64,000 bases of DNA from Candidatus Latescibacterota bacterium (lineage in GTDB: Bacteria; Latescibacterota; UBA2968; GCA-2709665): contig OZ242180.1 of NCBI GenBank assembly GCA_965205485.1, positions 992,001-1,056,000 on the forward strand, read 5' to 3'. The position numbers were made by a program, and so were the translations under genes. Positions 18,800 through 28,166 of this stretch are shown here, piece after piece (within the stretch, counting starts at the first letter, position 1; every line of letters begins with the position of its first letter). The notes beneath the pieces are model-generated. The model was not told where the DNA came from. It ran no database searches and saw only the letters and a program-made list of their open reading frames with translations.

Positions 18800-21700
18800 T
18801 CACAGACCCAGCATCGACAGGGTCCCGTCCGAAGATCCGAGCAGAAGGCGGCCGCCCACGTGCGGCGTCAGCGCGTGAATCTTCGACGCTGTACGGTGAA
18901 CGCCTAGAGTCCGTCCTTCTCCGTCCAGTATCCAAATGCTCCCGTCTTCACACCCGGCCACGATGTCCGTCGCGCCGTCCTGATTCACGTCGGAGGCAAA
19001 CAGCCGCCGTACCGGGGCCTCCAGGTTGCGCCGCCATCGCTCGGTCCCGTTTTCGTCAAACAGGTAGAGGTAGTAACAGTCCGAACCGGCCGCCACCTCG
19101 GGCTTCCCGTCGCCGTCGAGATCCACCGCGGCGACCGCGTGCACTTCTTCGCCCACCTCCCGGGTCCAACGGTACGCCAGCTTCTGACCGTCGAGCCTCA
19201 GCGCGTGCACCTTCGACCGGGTCGTTCCACACGCGATCAGATTGTCGCCATTCCCGTACAGGAACACGTCGCACCCCGGTAGCATCGACGGCCACCCGTC
19301 CAGCCCGTTTTGTGCGATCTCATTTCCGTCCGCATCCAGCACATAGCAGGTACCCCCGCAGGAAATCCTGCCGGGTCCGCCGATCACCTCGGGCAGCCCG
19401 TCGCCGTCCACGTCGGCCAGGCAGAACGGGTCGAAGATCCCGTAGATGAAGAAATTCCAGCGCTTGTTGCCGTCAGCGTCGAAACAATGGAGCTGCCGGT
19501 CGGTGACCGCCGCGAGAATATCCGGCCGCCCCGTTCCTCGAAGGTCCGCGGCCTTGACAAGCTCAACGGAGGAATTGCGCGTATACCATGCCCATCCTCC
19601 ACGGAAAATCTCGAACGTGTGGGACCACTGCACGGCGCCTTCGCCATTCAGATAGTAGAGACATCGGTCATTGGCGCCGGCTGCCACCGGACCGCTCTCG
19701 TCGCCGTTCCTCCCCGCCGCGCACACGGACAGCACCGCGTCCCCGGCCTGAAACGTCCAATCGGTTTCTCCTTCTCGGGACAGCGCCGTCACGCGCCCGT
19801 CCTGCGTCCCCGCAACCACGCCATCACCTTTGCGCGCCACGCATCGGACCGCGGTCCCGAAATCACGCGCCCACAGGGGACGGACGGATTGCGCCGGTCC
19901 CTTTCGGATGGCCGCCCCCGCACCGGAGCGCCATTCGGGCAGTCTCCACAGCGCAGTCGGCACACGTTCGACGGACGCCAGGTCCAACTCGACCGTCACC
20001 GGCTCGTCGCTCTCGAAAAGCGTTGCGTCTCCGCGCAACAACGTGCCTTCGAGCAGGGCGAACCATCCCTCCCCGATCGCGTAAACGTCCGCCTTTCCGG
20101 ATATCGGGCCGACCGCAAACGAACCGTCCGCGCCGCCGGTCCCGATGAGCATTCGCCCCTCCGATCCTTCGATCAGGACAGCAGTGTCGCCGACGCGCCG
20201 CATCCGTACGTCCAGCGGTTTCGCATCATTTGTCGCGTAGAACAGATTGATGAACGTGTGCCGGTCGCCCGCGGCCATCTCCCGGCTGACGGACTGGCGC
20301 AGGATATTGACGAAATCATCCGAATACGGATAGTCCTTCCACCAGTGCCCGAAGGCCTCCCAGTCCCGCTCCATCGTCACCCGGTCGCCTCCGGCGCCTT
20401 CCAGGACGAATCGATCCTCCCGCCCGTTGTCCGGGTCCCTCTGCAGGGTCTCCAGCCGATCCCCATGCAGCGTTGGCGTCCCCAGCGACCGCCAGTTGCA
20501 TTCGAGCGCGAACGTCCCTGCCTCCGTGGCTTCGACCTCGTCGATGACCACGAAGAATCGGCCCTTGAGCCAGACCACGTTCCTTGTCCATCGCGCTCCC
20601 CATTGCCCATCCATCGAGGTCCGGCTCATGCCCGTCCGGTCCAGGTCCGCCACGCCGTCAAGTCGGCACAGGGCGGGAACCTCCCAGGGCTCTCCGTTCC
20701 GGACCGCCGTCACCCCGTTGTGATGTTTCAGGGTGGGCCCTTCCGTGTAAGAGGCATCCACCAGAAACACCCGGTCATTCGCCGAAAACTCCACGATCGT
20801 GTTTCCGTCGTCGTGCCCGTGGTTGCCGTATGAGATCCCGTGGATCATCAGGTACTGATCGTCCCGGTCGAACCCCTCGCGAAAACAGACGGTGTCGAAG
20901 GCGTCGTCGCGCGGCAGATTGAGAGGCTTGACTTCCGACGGCCGCGCCTTCGGGTCCGTGGCGAAGTCGTAGAAGCCGTTCGCAACCTCCAGCACTTGCA
21001 CGCCCGCCATTTCCGATGGCGTTTCCGGCTCCAGGCCGTCTCCATAAAATCTCTCAAATCCATGGATGAGCGACACCCGGTCCGAATGTGAGCGAATCAG
21101 GAACTCCGCGCGGCCGTCCCGCAGCACGTGCCCCGCCTTGGCCAGGAAACTCGCCGGCGGCGGCACCTGGCATCCACCGGAATCGCCGAAGGGCGGCATG
21201 GCTCCCCGGTTGTTGCAGTACATCACCGCCTGGTCCAGCGACCGCCGGCAGTTGCCGTTCTCGATGTACGTCTCGTCCCCGCTGGCCATCGTATAGGTCA
21301 GGAGATGGTCCAGCGTCGTCCACTGGTAGGCATTCGCGTCCTCGGTTGGCTTGAACGATGCCGCCTGCCCCTTGAACAGGTCCGCGGATGCCTCCTGCCA
21401 CTCCTTTGCCTCCGACATCCCGTAATGCGTGGCGAAGTACCGGCCCGCGAACCACGACGACAGGCCCACGAGCGTCTGGTGGTTCTGCCGCAACATCCGG
21501 TGGCCCACACCCTCACGAAAGAATCGGTTATATGCGCCTTCGTGCGAATCCATCAGCCACAGCAGATAGCGCGTAATCCGCAGGCGGTCCTCATCCGAAA
21601 AAACCGGACTTTCCTCGATCAACTCCCAGATCACCGCAAGCCACCAGACGTTAAAATGCGCCATCACGCCGTGCTCACCCATCTTCAGGTGCGCATCCAC

Positions 21701-22396
21701 CGCTTCGCGCAACGCCTTCGCGTGGACCTCGTATCCCGACCGGTGATACGCGAAGCCCTGCCGTCCCGCCTCGGTGACCATCCCGTGCCCTGCACCTGCC
21801 TTCGAGGCGTGCGGCTGGCTGACCTGCCGGATGTAGTCCTCCCGCTGCTCGTCGAGCCAGCCGTCCGGCGGACGTGAGAGTGAATCGAAGGCAGGCCCCA
21901 GCTCGACGTCCATCGACCATCCGAAGCTCACACTCATACCCGTGCCGACTCGCTCCAGAAACCGCGACGCGGCGCGGTCCAGACCGGCTTCGTCGCTGGC
22001 TCCCAACAGGACCACGTTCCTTCCGCTTCCAAGCAGGTTGTGAAGCGTCCGCAGCGTATACCCTCCCTCACCTGGATAACTGAGGTCTTCGATCGCCCAC
22101 CACTGGTAATACAGCCAGCGGACGAAGGGGTTGTCCGCCATATTTCCCAGTGCGACCACGTGCGTATCGAGCAGTCCCTTTGAGGCCGCCACATCCTCGG
22201 CACGGACGACCGGCAGACGGGCGCCCGCGGCCGCCTCGATCCCTTCGGCGATTCGCGCTGCCAGCCGCCGGTGCGCAGGATTCTCCCCGATGACGATCTT
22301 CCCTCCGGGTTGGCCGTCGGCCGCCAGTACCGTCTCCAGGTACATGTCCTTCAACTTTCCGATTTTCAGTCCGACCGACCCCTGATCCGAGTCCAT
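18800..22396 (-). CDS. Heparinase II/III-like lyase plus FG-GAP/PQQ-like beta-propeller (~1198 aa)
   Basis: ATG 22396 with AGGAGG. RQNHQ, EDANAYQW, PPFGD, NHGHDDGN, HHNGVT. C-terminal DxDGDG repeats. No signal peptide. Confidence 0.75.
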   Translation of the reverse strand: MDSDQGSVGLKIGKLKDMYLETVLAADGQPGGKIVIGENPAHRRLAARIAEGIEAAAGARLPVVRAEDVAASKGLLDTHVVALGNMADNPFVRWLYYQWWAIEDLSYPGEGGYTLRTLHNLLGSGRNVVLLGASDEAGLDRAASRFLERVGTGMSVSFGWSMDVELGPAFDSLSRPPDGWLDEQREDYIRQVSQPHASKAGAGHGMVTEAGRQGFAYHRSGYEVHAKALREAVDAHLKMGEHGVMAHFNVWWLAVIWELIEESPVFSDEDRLRITRYLLWLMDSHEGAYNRFFREGVGHRMLRQNHQTLVGLSSWFAGRYFATHYGMSEAKEWQEASADLFKGQAASFKPTEDANAYQWTTLDHLLTYTMASGDETYIENGNCRRSLDQAVMYCNNRGAMPPFGDSGGCQVPPPASFLAKAGHVLRDGRAEFLIRSHSDRVSLIHGFERFYGDGLEPETPSEMAGVQVLEVANGFYDFATDPKARPSEVKPLNLPRDDAFDTVCFREGFDRDDQYLMIHGISYGNHGHDDGNTIVEFSANDRVFLVDASYTEGPTLKHHNGVTAVRNGEPWEVPALCRLDGVADLDRTGMSRTSMDGQWGARWTRNVVWLKGRFFVVIDEVEATEAGTFALECNWRSLGTPTLHGDRLETLQRDPDNGREDRFVLEGAGGDRVTMERDWEAFGHWWKDYPYSDDFVNILRQSVSREMAAGDRHTFINLFYATNDAKPLDVRMRRVGDTAVLIEGSEGRMLIGTGGADGSFAVGPISGKADVYAIGEGWFALLEGTLLRGDATLFESDEPVTVELDLASVERVPTALWRLPEWRSGAGAAIRKGPAQSVRPLWARDFGTAVRCVARKGDGVVAGTQDGRVTALSREGETDWTFQAGDAVLSVCAAGRNGDESGPVAAGANDRCLYYLNGEGAVQWSHTFEIFRGGWAWYTRNSSVELVKAADLRGTGRPDILAAVTDRQLHCFDADGNKRWNFFIYGIFDPFCLADVDGDGLPEVIGGPGRISCGGTCYVLDADGNEIAQNGLDGWPSMLPGCDVFLYGNGDNLIACGTTRSKVHALRLDGQKLAYRWTREVGEEVHAVAAVDLDGDGKPEVAAGSDCYYLYLFDENGTERWRRNLEAPVRRLFASDVNQDGATDIVAGCEDGSIWILDGEGRTLGVHRTASKIHALTPHVGGRLLLGSSDGTLSMLGL

Positions 22397-22420
22397 ATTT
22401 CCTCCTGCCCGCGGTCCCAC

Positions 22421-25400
22421 TCACGGGCGGTCATCCACCCGCCACCGGCTGATCTCCCCCTGGTCCGTCGCCAATACAACGGCGCCGTCCGCCGTCAAGA
22501 TGCAGGTCGGCCTCCCGGTCAACCTGCCCGACAGGACAACCTCGCCGCCGCCGTCTAGGATGACAAGGGTCCCGTCTTCGCAACCCGCCGCCACCCTCGC
22601 GCCGCTCTCCGCCCTAACTGCCGCCATCACCGCCGGCGGAGACGGCAGCCGCCTCGCCCAGAGCTTCTCACATCGGTGATCGAGGGCGAGAATCAGCCCG
22701 CCCGACAACGCGGCGAGGAGCTCCTTTCTTCCGTCGCCATCCAGGTCGAAGACGTCGAAGTCCCGCACGTTGTCCGACGGAATGCGCTGCCCCGGGCCCA
22801 GATGTACGTTGTGCAGGGCGCGCCCGTCCTCCGTCCAGACCGTCACCCGGTTCCAGGTCCCGTTGATCTCGCTGACCACTTCCTTCCGGCCGTCTCCGTC
22901 CAGGTCCTCGTAGAAGATGTGCTTCCGGCTCATACAGGCCCATCCGCCGATACTCGTATTTCCGTCCGGCACGTCGTGGAAGGCGCGCTGCTTCGGGTCC
23001 AGTTCGCGATTGTTCACGACGGCCATCGCGTGGGAATCCGTGGGCTGCCGCGCGATCAGCAGATCGATGCTGCCCTCGGGCCCGTCGATCAGGGCGAACC
23101 GGGAACCCGGGCCCCAGAAAACCGGGAGCCGTTTCACCAGGTTCCCGCTTTCGTCCAAAATCTCGAGCGTGCAGGCGCTGCCGACGAATGCCTGGCTTTT
23201 GCCATCCAGAAAAACGCCGGAATGCAGTCCGTGAACGCCGGCATGTCCCGGCGCCGTCTTGAACCAGTAGGGTTTCGCGGCCCTGAACACGGCGGGGTCT
23301 TCCTCGGAGACGAAGACCCATTTCCGGTCGCCGGAATCCGGATCGAACGCGATGACCCTTTCGTCCTCGCACCCGGCCAGAAGGAGGTCGTGCTCCCCCC
23401 ACCAGTGGAGGAGACGGATGGGACCGTCGGTCGGCAGGGTCCGGAGAATTTCTCCTTCCTGCGACAGCACGTGGACATTCCGGCCTTCGGCCGCACAGAT
23501 CAGCGTTTTCCCGCCGGAATCCGCCGTGACCATGTCCACCACGCCGCCACCCACAGGGGAAGCGAAAACCGGCGATATTGACGGGACATCCGGCATAACG
23601 GGCGATGGCGCGGCCGCGGTTTGCCGTCTGGCATCCCGGCCCTGCTCCAGAAGGCCCGAGAGCCGCGCCGTCACCCTTTCAAGCGCGGCCGCGTCGGGCG
23701 CCGCGCCGGTAATTGAATGCCTCCCCGCGGGGATTCGGATCGTCTCAGGGCCCGGTCCATCCCCACCGTACTCCGGTACGCTTCCGTCGACGCGCACGCC
23801 GCGCGGATCGGAAACGGCCAGCCGGATTTCGGTCTCTTCATCCACAACCAGCTCCAGCACGCCATTGTGAAAGTCCCAGTCGACCTGAACCGGCGCGCTT
23901 GCCCGGAGCAGCGAGGCGCCCAGCGCCGCCGTGGTCAGATTGACGCCGTGCAGATGGTCTCCGGCCAGCACAACCAGATCGCCGTTCAGTCCCTCGTAAT
24001 CTCCCGTGGCGGCCACGGCCGGCTCCGGGAGCGCCAATGCCGCGGCGTTTTCGGCCAACCGCACGCACGCCGTCCCGTCTCCTGCCAGCAGCGAAAACCA
24101 GCATCTCCCGCTTCCCTTCTCCACCGTCCCCCGCCACAGCATGCGGGCCTGGCTTTCCGCAACGGCGGTCTCTACCGGATCCGACATACAGATCCGGGCG
24201 ATATCGCGGATGCGCGCGGCGCCGCCATCCGGCAGTGCCGCCCACGCGCCTTTCCCCTGCCAGAGGAACTCCACCTCCAGTTCCTCGCTGTCCGCCCGGA
24301 AATCCAGACGGTCGACAAACAGCGCGTACCGGCCGACGCGCTGCGCCAGTGTCCTGCGCCAGGCGCAGAACGCCGCCCTAGGTACCTCTGCCGCAACAAC
24401 GGCGGTCCCCCCGACCACGTCCCGGTACTTGAGCGCGGAATCCATCGCCACCACCGGCTCCACCATCCCCTCGGAACGCGTCAACACCTGGTTCAGGTAG
24501 CCTTCCAGCAGCGTTTCTCCATCCAGTCGAAGTTCCAGAACGACAAAGGTGTGATACGCGTTTCGGGACGCGCCGTTCATTCCCTTCACCAGGATGAAAT
24601 CTCCGCTTGAATCCGCTGCGCTCCGAAAACTGCCGAACAGATACGATTCCTCCAGCGGCAGTCCGCTGTGACGGTCCCCCCACAGCGGCTCGGGGATGGG
24701 ATGGATTGACCACCGGTTCACAAGATCCGCGGGCAGGCGGGGCTCGATATCGTCTTCCGGCCAGAAAGACTGCCCCAGCCGGAAGATGTCCAGGTCCATC
24801 CCGGTCCGGCGCAGGTATTCGCGGTAACGGCCGTCTCCGGTCAGATAGGCGGCCTTGTTGAGAAACCCGATGGACGCGGAATTCAGGGCCCAGTCGGGTT
24901 CGCGCCCCGAGGCGAGGATCTCCTGCCCGCGAAGCAGGTTGGCCATGACGCCGTTTTCAATGGGTTTACGGTCGCCCGTAAGCAACATATAGCTCAGAAT
25001 AGGGGCCATTCCCGTATTGTACCAAAACAGATTGTCGTGTTCCCCGTCCACCAGGGCGTGGTGATGCAGTGATGCGAAATGCCATCTGGCGGCCTCCATG
25101 GATTGCTCCCAGAGCGTGCTGGGGTAGTGGCTGTTGAAGTAACGGCCGAGACAGTACAGCGAAATCGCGGACCACTGCCCATGCCGCGACCCCACGCTGT
25201 GCGGGGGATCTCCGAATCCACTCGTGCCGCTACGCACGTTTTCAACGACCCGCCGCCTGGCGCCCTGGTCCTGCGCGTGGCCGAACTGTGCGGCGAACGC
25301 GTTGGTCACACGCAGGCGTTCATCGTCCGTAAACACGGGGCTTTCTTCAATCAGATCCCAGTACAGGATCATCATATGCGCGTTGTAGTGGTAGGGTCCG

Positions 25401-26137
25401 CTCAGCGGCTCGTCCTTGTTTTCGATCCGCTCTCCGTCGATTTCCGTGATCTCCGCCATCGCACGGTCGTCCGGGAAGGCCAGCCGGATGGCTTCCCGCG
25501 CGTGAAAGGCGTCTCCGGTCATGTAGTACATCGCCATTCGCTTGCTGATGCTGTTCCACCCGAAATACCCCACCGAACCGTACCCGGCGGACGCCTCCCA
25601 GGTCTCGAATTCCCGGATGTCCCCGGGAACCTGGATTCCCCGCCCCAGCTCGATCTCCATCAGCCAGCCCAGCGAGAGTTCGCCTTCCCCCGCTTTTGCT
25701 TCCGACACCTTCCCCGCCAGCACGCCGGCCGCCGCTTCCACACCCTCCGCATCGCTTCCGCCCACGAAGATCACATTGTGCCCGTTGCCGAACGGATTGT
25801 GAAGCGACCGGACCTCGTACCCGCCCGGCCCCGGATAGCGCAGGTCCAACAGCGTGTAGTACTGGTTATAGAGCGATTCTATCGTTCGGTTGTCGGACCG
25901 GTTGCCCAGCACGATCAGATGTCCGGAGATGGGCACGGCTCCGGCCGCGGACAGGTCATCGTCAACGGGTACGAGCACGCCGGTCTTCGCCTGAATCGCC
26001 GCCTGAACGCGATTTGCGGCCCCGGCGTAGCGTCCGTCTTCCGGAACCACGATCGTTGCGTTCGGCCGGCCGTTACGGACCAGTTCCGTATCGAGATTCA
26101 GGTCCTTCAGTTCCGAGTACACTGGTGGAATACGCAT
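22421..26137 (-). CDS. Heparinase-like/beta-propeller fusion, divergent paralogue (1238 aa)
   Basis: Shares LKDLxLxT, YPGPGGYEVRSLHNPFGNG and WDLIEESPVFTD with the paralogues. DLDGDG repeats at the C-terminus. GGAGG RBS. Confidence 0.7.
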   Translation of the reverse strand: MRIPPVYSELKDLNLDTELVRNGRPNATIVVPEDGRYAGAANRVQAAIQAKTGVLVPVDDDLSAAGAVPISGHLIVLGNRSDNRTIESLYNQYYTLLDLRYPGPGGYEVRSLHNPFGNGHNVIFVGGSDAEGVEAAAGVLAGKVSEAKAGEGELSLGWLMEIELGRGIQVPGDIREFETWEASAGYGSVGYFGWNSISKRMAMYYMTGDAFHAREAIRLAFPDDRAMAEITEIDGERIENKDEPLSGPYHYNAHMMILYWDLIEESPVFTDDERLRVTNAFAAQFGHAQDQGARRRVVENVRSGTSGFGDPPHSVGSRHGQWSAISLYCLGRYFNSHYPSTLWEQSMEAARWHFASLHHHALVDGEHDNLFWYNTGMAPILSYMLLTGDRKPIENGVMANLLRGQEILASGREPDWALNSASIGFLNKAAYLTGDGRYREYLRRTGMDLDIFRLGQSFWPEDDIEPRLPADLVNRWSIHPIPEPLWGDRHSGLPLEESYLFGSFRSAADSSGDFILVKGMNGASRNAYHTFVVLELRLDGETLLEGYLNQVLTRSEGMVEPVVAMDSALKYRDVVGGTAVVAAEVPRAAFCAWRRTLAQRVGRYALFVDRLDFRADSEELEVEFLWQGKGAWAALPDGGAARIRDIARICMSDPVETAVAESQARMLWRGTVEKGSGRCWFSLLAGDGTACVRLAENAAALALPEPAVAATGDYEGLNGDLVVLAGDHLHGVNLTTAALGASLLRASAPVQVDWDFHNGVLELVVDEETEIRLAVSDPRGVRVDGSVPEYGGDGPGPETIRIPAGRHSITGAAPDAAALERVTARLSGLLEQGRDARRQTAAAPSPVMPDVPSISPVFASPVGGGVVDMVTADSGGKTLICAAEGRNVHVLSQEGEILRTLPTDGPIRLLHWWGEHDLLLAGCEDERVIAFDPDSGDRKWVFVSEEDPAVFRAAKPYWFKTAPGHAGVHGLHSGVFLDGKSQAFVGSACTLEILDESGNLVKRLPVFWGPGSRFALIDGPEGSIDLLIARQPTDSHAMAVVNNRELDPKQRAFHDVPDGNTSIGGWACMSRKHIFYEDLDGDGRKEVVSEINGTWNRVTVWTEDGRALHNVHLGPGQRIPSDNVRDFDVFDLDGDGRKELLAALSGGLILALDHRCEKLWARRLPSPPAVMAAVRAESGARVAAGCEDGTLVILDGGGEVVLSGRLTGRPTCILTADGAVVLATDQGEISRWRVDDRP

Positions 26138-26173
26138 CGGATTATTACCTCCGTTACATGTGGAGCTACTGAA

Positions 26174-28141
26174 TCAATACGCGTGAACTCCGTGACCCTG
26201 ACCAGGGAAAAAGATCACGTCCAGAACGTAACCCAGGGGAACGGCCAACGCGTATCCGACAATGGTCCCGATAAAGAACGGCACGGTCCGCCGATAGAGC
26301 AGCATGCCGCCGGTCTTGATCACGACAAACTTGCAGACCCATGCGGCAAAGATGCTGAAGGCCGCGTGCCTCGTCATGCCGGTGTAGCCCACCGCCAGCC
26401 CGGCCGGGTGCACCGGCCACCAGTTGAACCGGTATCGCAGGAACGCCAGCAGGGCCATCCCCGCGGCGCCGGCCGCAAAGAGGATGAACGACGCCGCGTG
26501 AACGGGATCCGGGCTGCGCATGTGGCTGACGTATCCGTTCACGCTCGGCACGGTTCTCCGGAAGAGCGCGATACTGCCGAAATTGTACGCCCCGCCGGAA
26601 TATCCCCAATAGAGCGTCAGGGCCACGGAAGTCGCGATGCTCGTCAGCAGGCCCAGCCCCACGACCCACCCCAGCTGCTTGCGGTGGCGCTCGACCCGTT
26701 CGGCCAGCTTTGCAATCTGCGCGAAGGCCGGCATGAACAATCCCATGTGGTCGTTTGCGAACACATTGGTAAACGCCATGGCCGTGAGCCCTTGCGCCGG
26801 AATGGACGCCGCGCCCGCGGTGCCCAGAATAAGCCCCTGGGCGCTCTGCGGCAGGTTGACGTAGAGCAGACCGGTCTGCGCCACGATCCGCGCGAGACCC
26901 AGGTAACTGAGGAACAGCAGCACGGTCAACGCCGTGGACAGGAGCAGTCCCATACCGGCCATCTGCAACCAGCAGATGACAAAAGCCACTCCCAGAACCA
27001 GCCCCCACACCGCCCATCGGTACCGCATGAGTTCTCCCGAGTCCTCCGCGCCGTCCGCTCGACCCAGCGCACGGCGAACCACCCGCCTGAGGTGCCCCCG
27101 GGCCGTCCACAGCGCCAGGCCCACGTAACACATCATCGCCCCGCCGCCCTGCCACGACACGTCTCCGCCGGAGAATCCCGCAACCCCCAGTCCAATCCGG
27201 GCGAACGCCGCGATCTCCATAATGTAGAACAGATGAAACAGCCAGATGCTCAGCAGAAGGTCCAGCCCCGTCATGTACGCGAACCCGATGGTATAGAAAT
27301 TGAGGCTCACGTGGACCATCGAGTACTGTGTAAAGTACACCCACAACTGCTGGTGAAACAGACGGATCATCGGGAATCCGTGCACGAAGGCGGGCACCAG
27401 ATTCCAGACCTTGATCGCCAGCGCGACCGACAATCCCGCAATGAACAGCCGGTTCCGCAACAGCCCGGCCCATTCGCCTCTGCCGGCGGCCCCCTCCGCC
27501 ATGTCCGCGGCCACCGAGGGAATGGGATAGGCCAGCCGTTCGTGCCCGGACCACTGCCGGTGAAGCACTGCAACCGTACAGAACGAAACCAGCGCCATAC
27601 CGCCCAGCAGCGCCGTCCACCAGAAGAGGGGAACAGCCCATTCGCCCCAGGGAATCCCCTCCCCGGGGGGAAGACCCTCGAAGAGCCATCTCATGGCTCC
27701 CTGCGCGTTGGACGGCACCATCCATCCGGGCACGTGGGGCAGGAGGTACTCTCCCCACTGGTTCTCCGGCGTGGCGAGATAATGCGGGATGGCCAGCATG
27801 CCGATCCAGGTCGTGGACAGACCGAACGTCGGCACCATACCCCCCGCCAGGCCCGCGCACAGCGCCACCAGGAGTTCAGGGCCGGACATCGCCAATCTGG
27901 GAGCGAACCGCCGGAGGACCGGAGTCGCCAGGACGAGGATCAGGAACGGAACGAACACGCCCATGGGGAAATGGGTCCGGTTCAGCCATGATCCCCGGAT
28001 GATATAGAGCGAGTGCAGGCTCCAGAAATTGTGCAGGGCGGCAATTCCCAGGCCCAGGCTCAGGGCGCGCGCCGAAACCCCGCGTATCGCCAATTTCGCG
28101 CCGGCTATCCCGGCTTCGCGTTGCCCGGCAGGACTCGCCAT
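26174..28141 (-). CDS. DUF6785/DUF6784-family polytopic membrane protein (putative transporter)
   Basis: Hydrophobic helices throughout. Motifs YLATPENQW, QW..HERL.YP, RIVAQTG, WWPVHPAG, PFFIG.I.G. Confidence 0.75.
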   Translation of the reverse strand: MASPAGQREAGIAGAKLAIRGVSARALSLGLGIAALHNFWSLHSLYIIRGSWLNRTHFPMGVFVPFLILVLATPVLRRFAPRLAMSGPELLVALCAGLAGGMVPTFGLSTTWIGMLAIPHYLATPENQWGEYLLPHVPGWMVPSNAQGAMRWLFEGLPPGEGIPWGEWAVPLFWWTALLGGMALVSFCTVAVLHRQWSGHERLAYPIPSVAADMAEGAAGRGEWAGLLRNRLFIAGLSVALAIKVWNLVPAFVHGFPMIRLFHQQLWVYFTQYSMVHVSLNFYTIGFAYMTGLDLLLSIWLFHLFYIMEIAAFARIGLGVAGFSGGDVSWQGGGAMMCYVGLALWTARGHLRRVVRRALGRADGAEDSGELMRYRWAVWGLVLGVAFVICWLQMAGMGLLLSTALTVLLFLSYLGLARIVAQTGLLYVNLPQSAQGLILGTAGAASIPAQGLTAMAFTNVFANDHMGLFMPAFAQIAKLAERVERHRKQLGWVVGLGLLTSIATSVALTLYWGYSGGAYNFGSIALFRRTVPSVNGYVSHMRSPDPVHAASFILFAAGAAGMALLAFLRYRFNWWPVHPAGLAVGYTGMTRHAAFSIFAAWVCKFVVIKTGGMLLYRRTVPFFIGTIVGYALAVPLGYVLDVIFFPGQGHGVHAY

Positions 28142-28166
28142 ACAACATATTCCTCAGTTGGCCCGT

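Noticed and set aside
26166..27860. 564-aa same-strand alternative-frame ORF over DUF6785 (also 61230..62240 over porV)
   Set aside because: Gly/Arg/Ala-rich off-frame translation; the main frames are intact.
25079..27991. 970-aa plus-strand ORF
   Set aside because: Antisense shadow of well-supported minus-strand genes; Arg/Pro/His-rich with no motifs, as expected in high-GC DNA.
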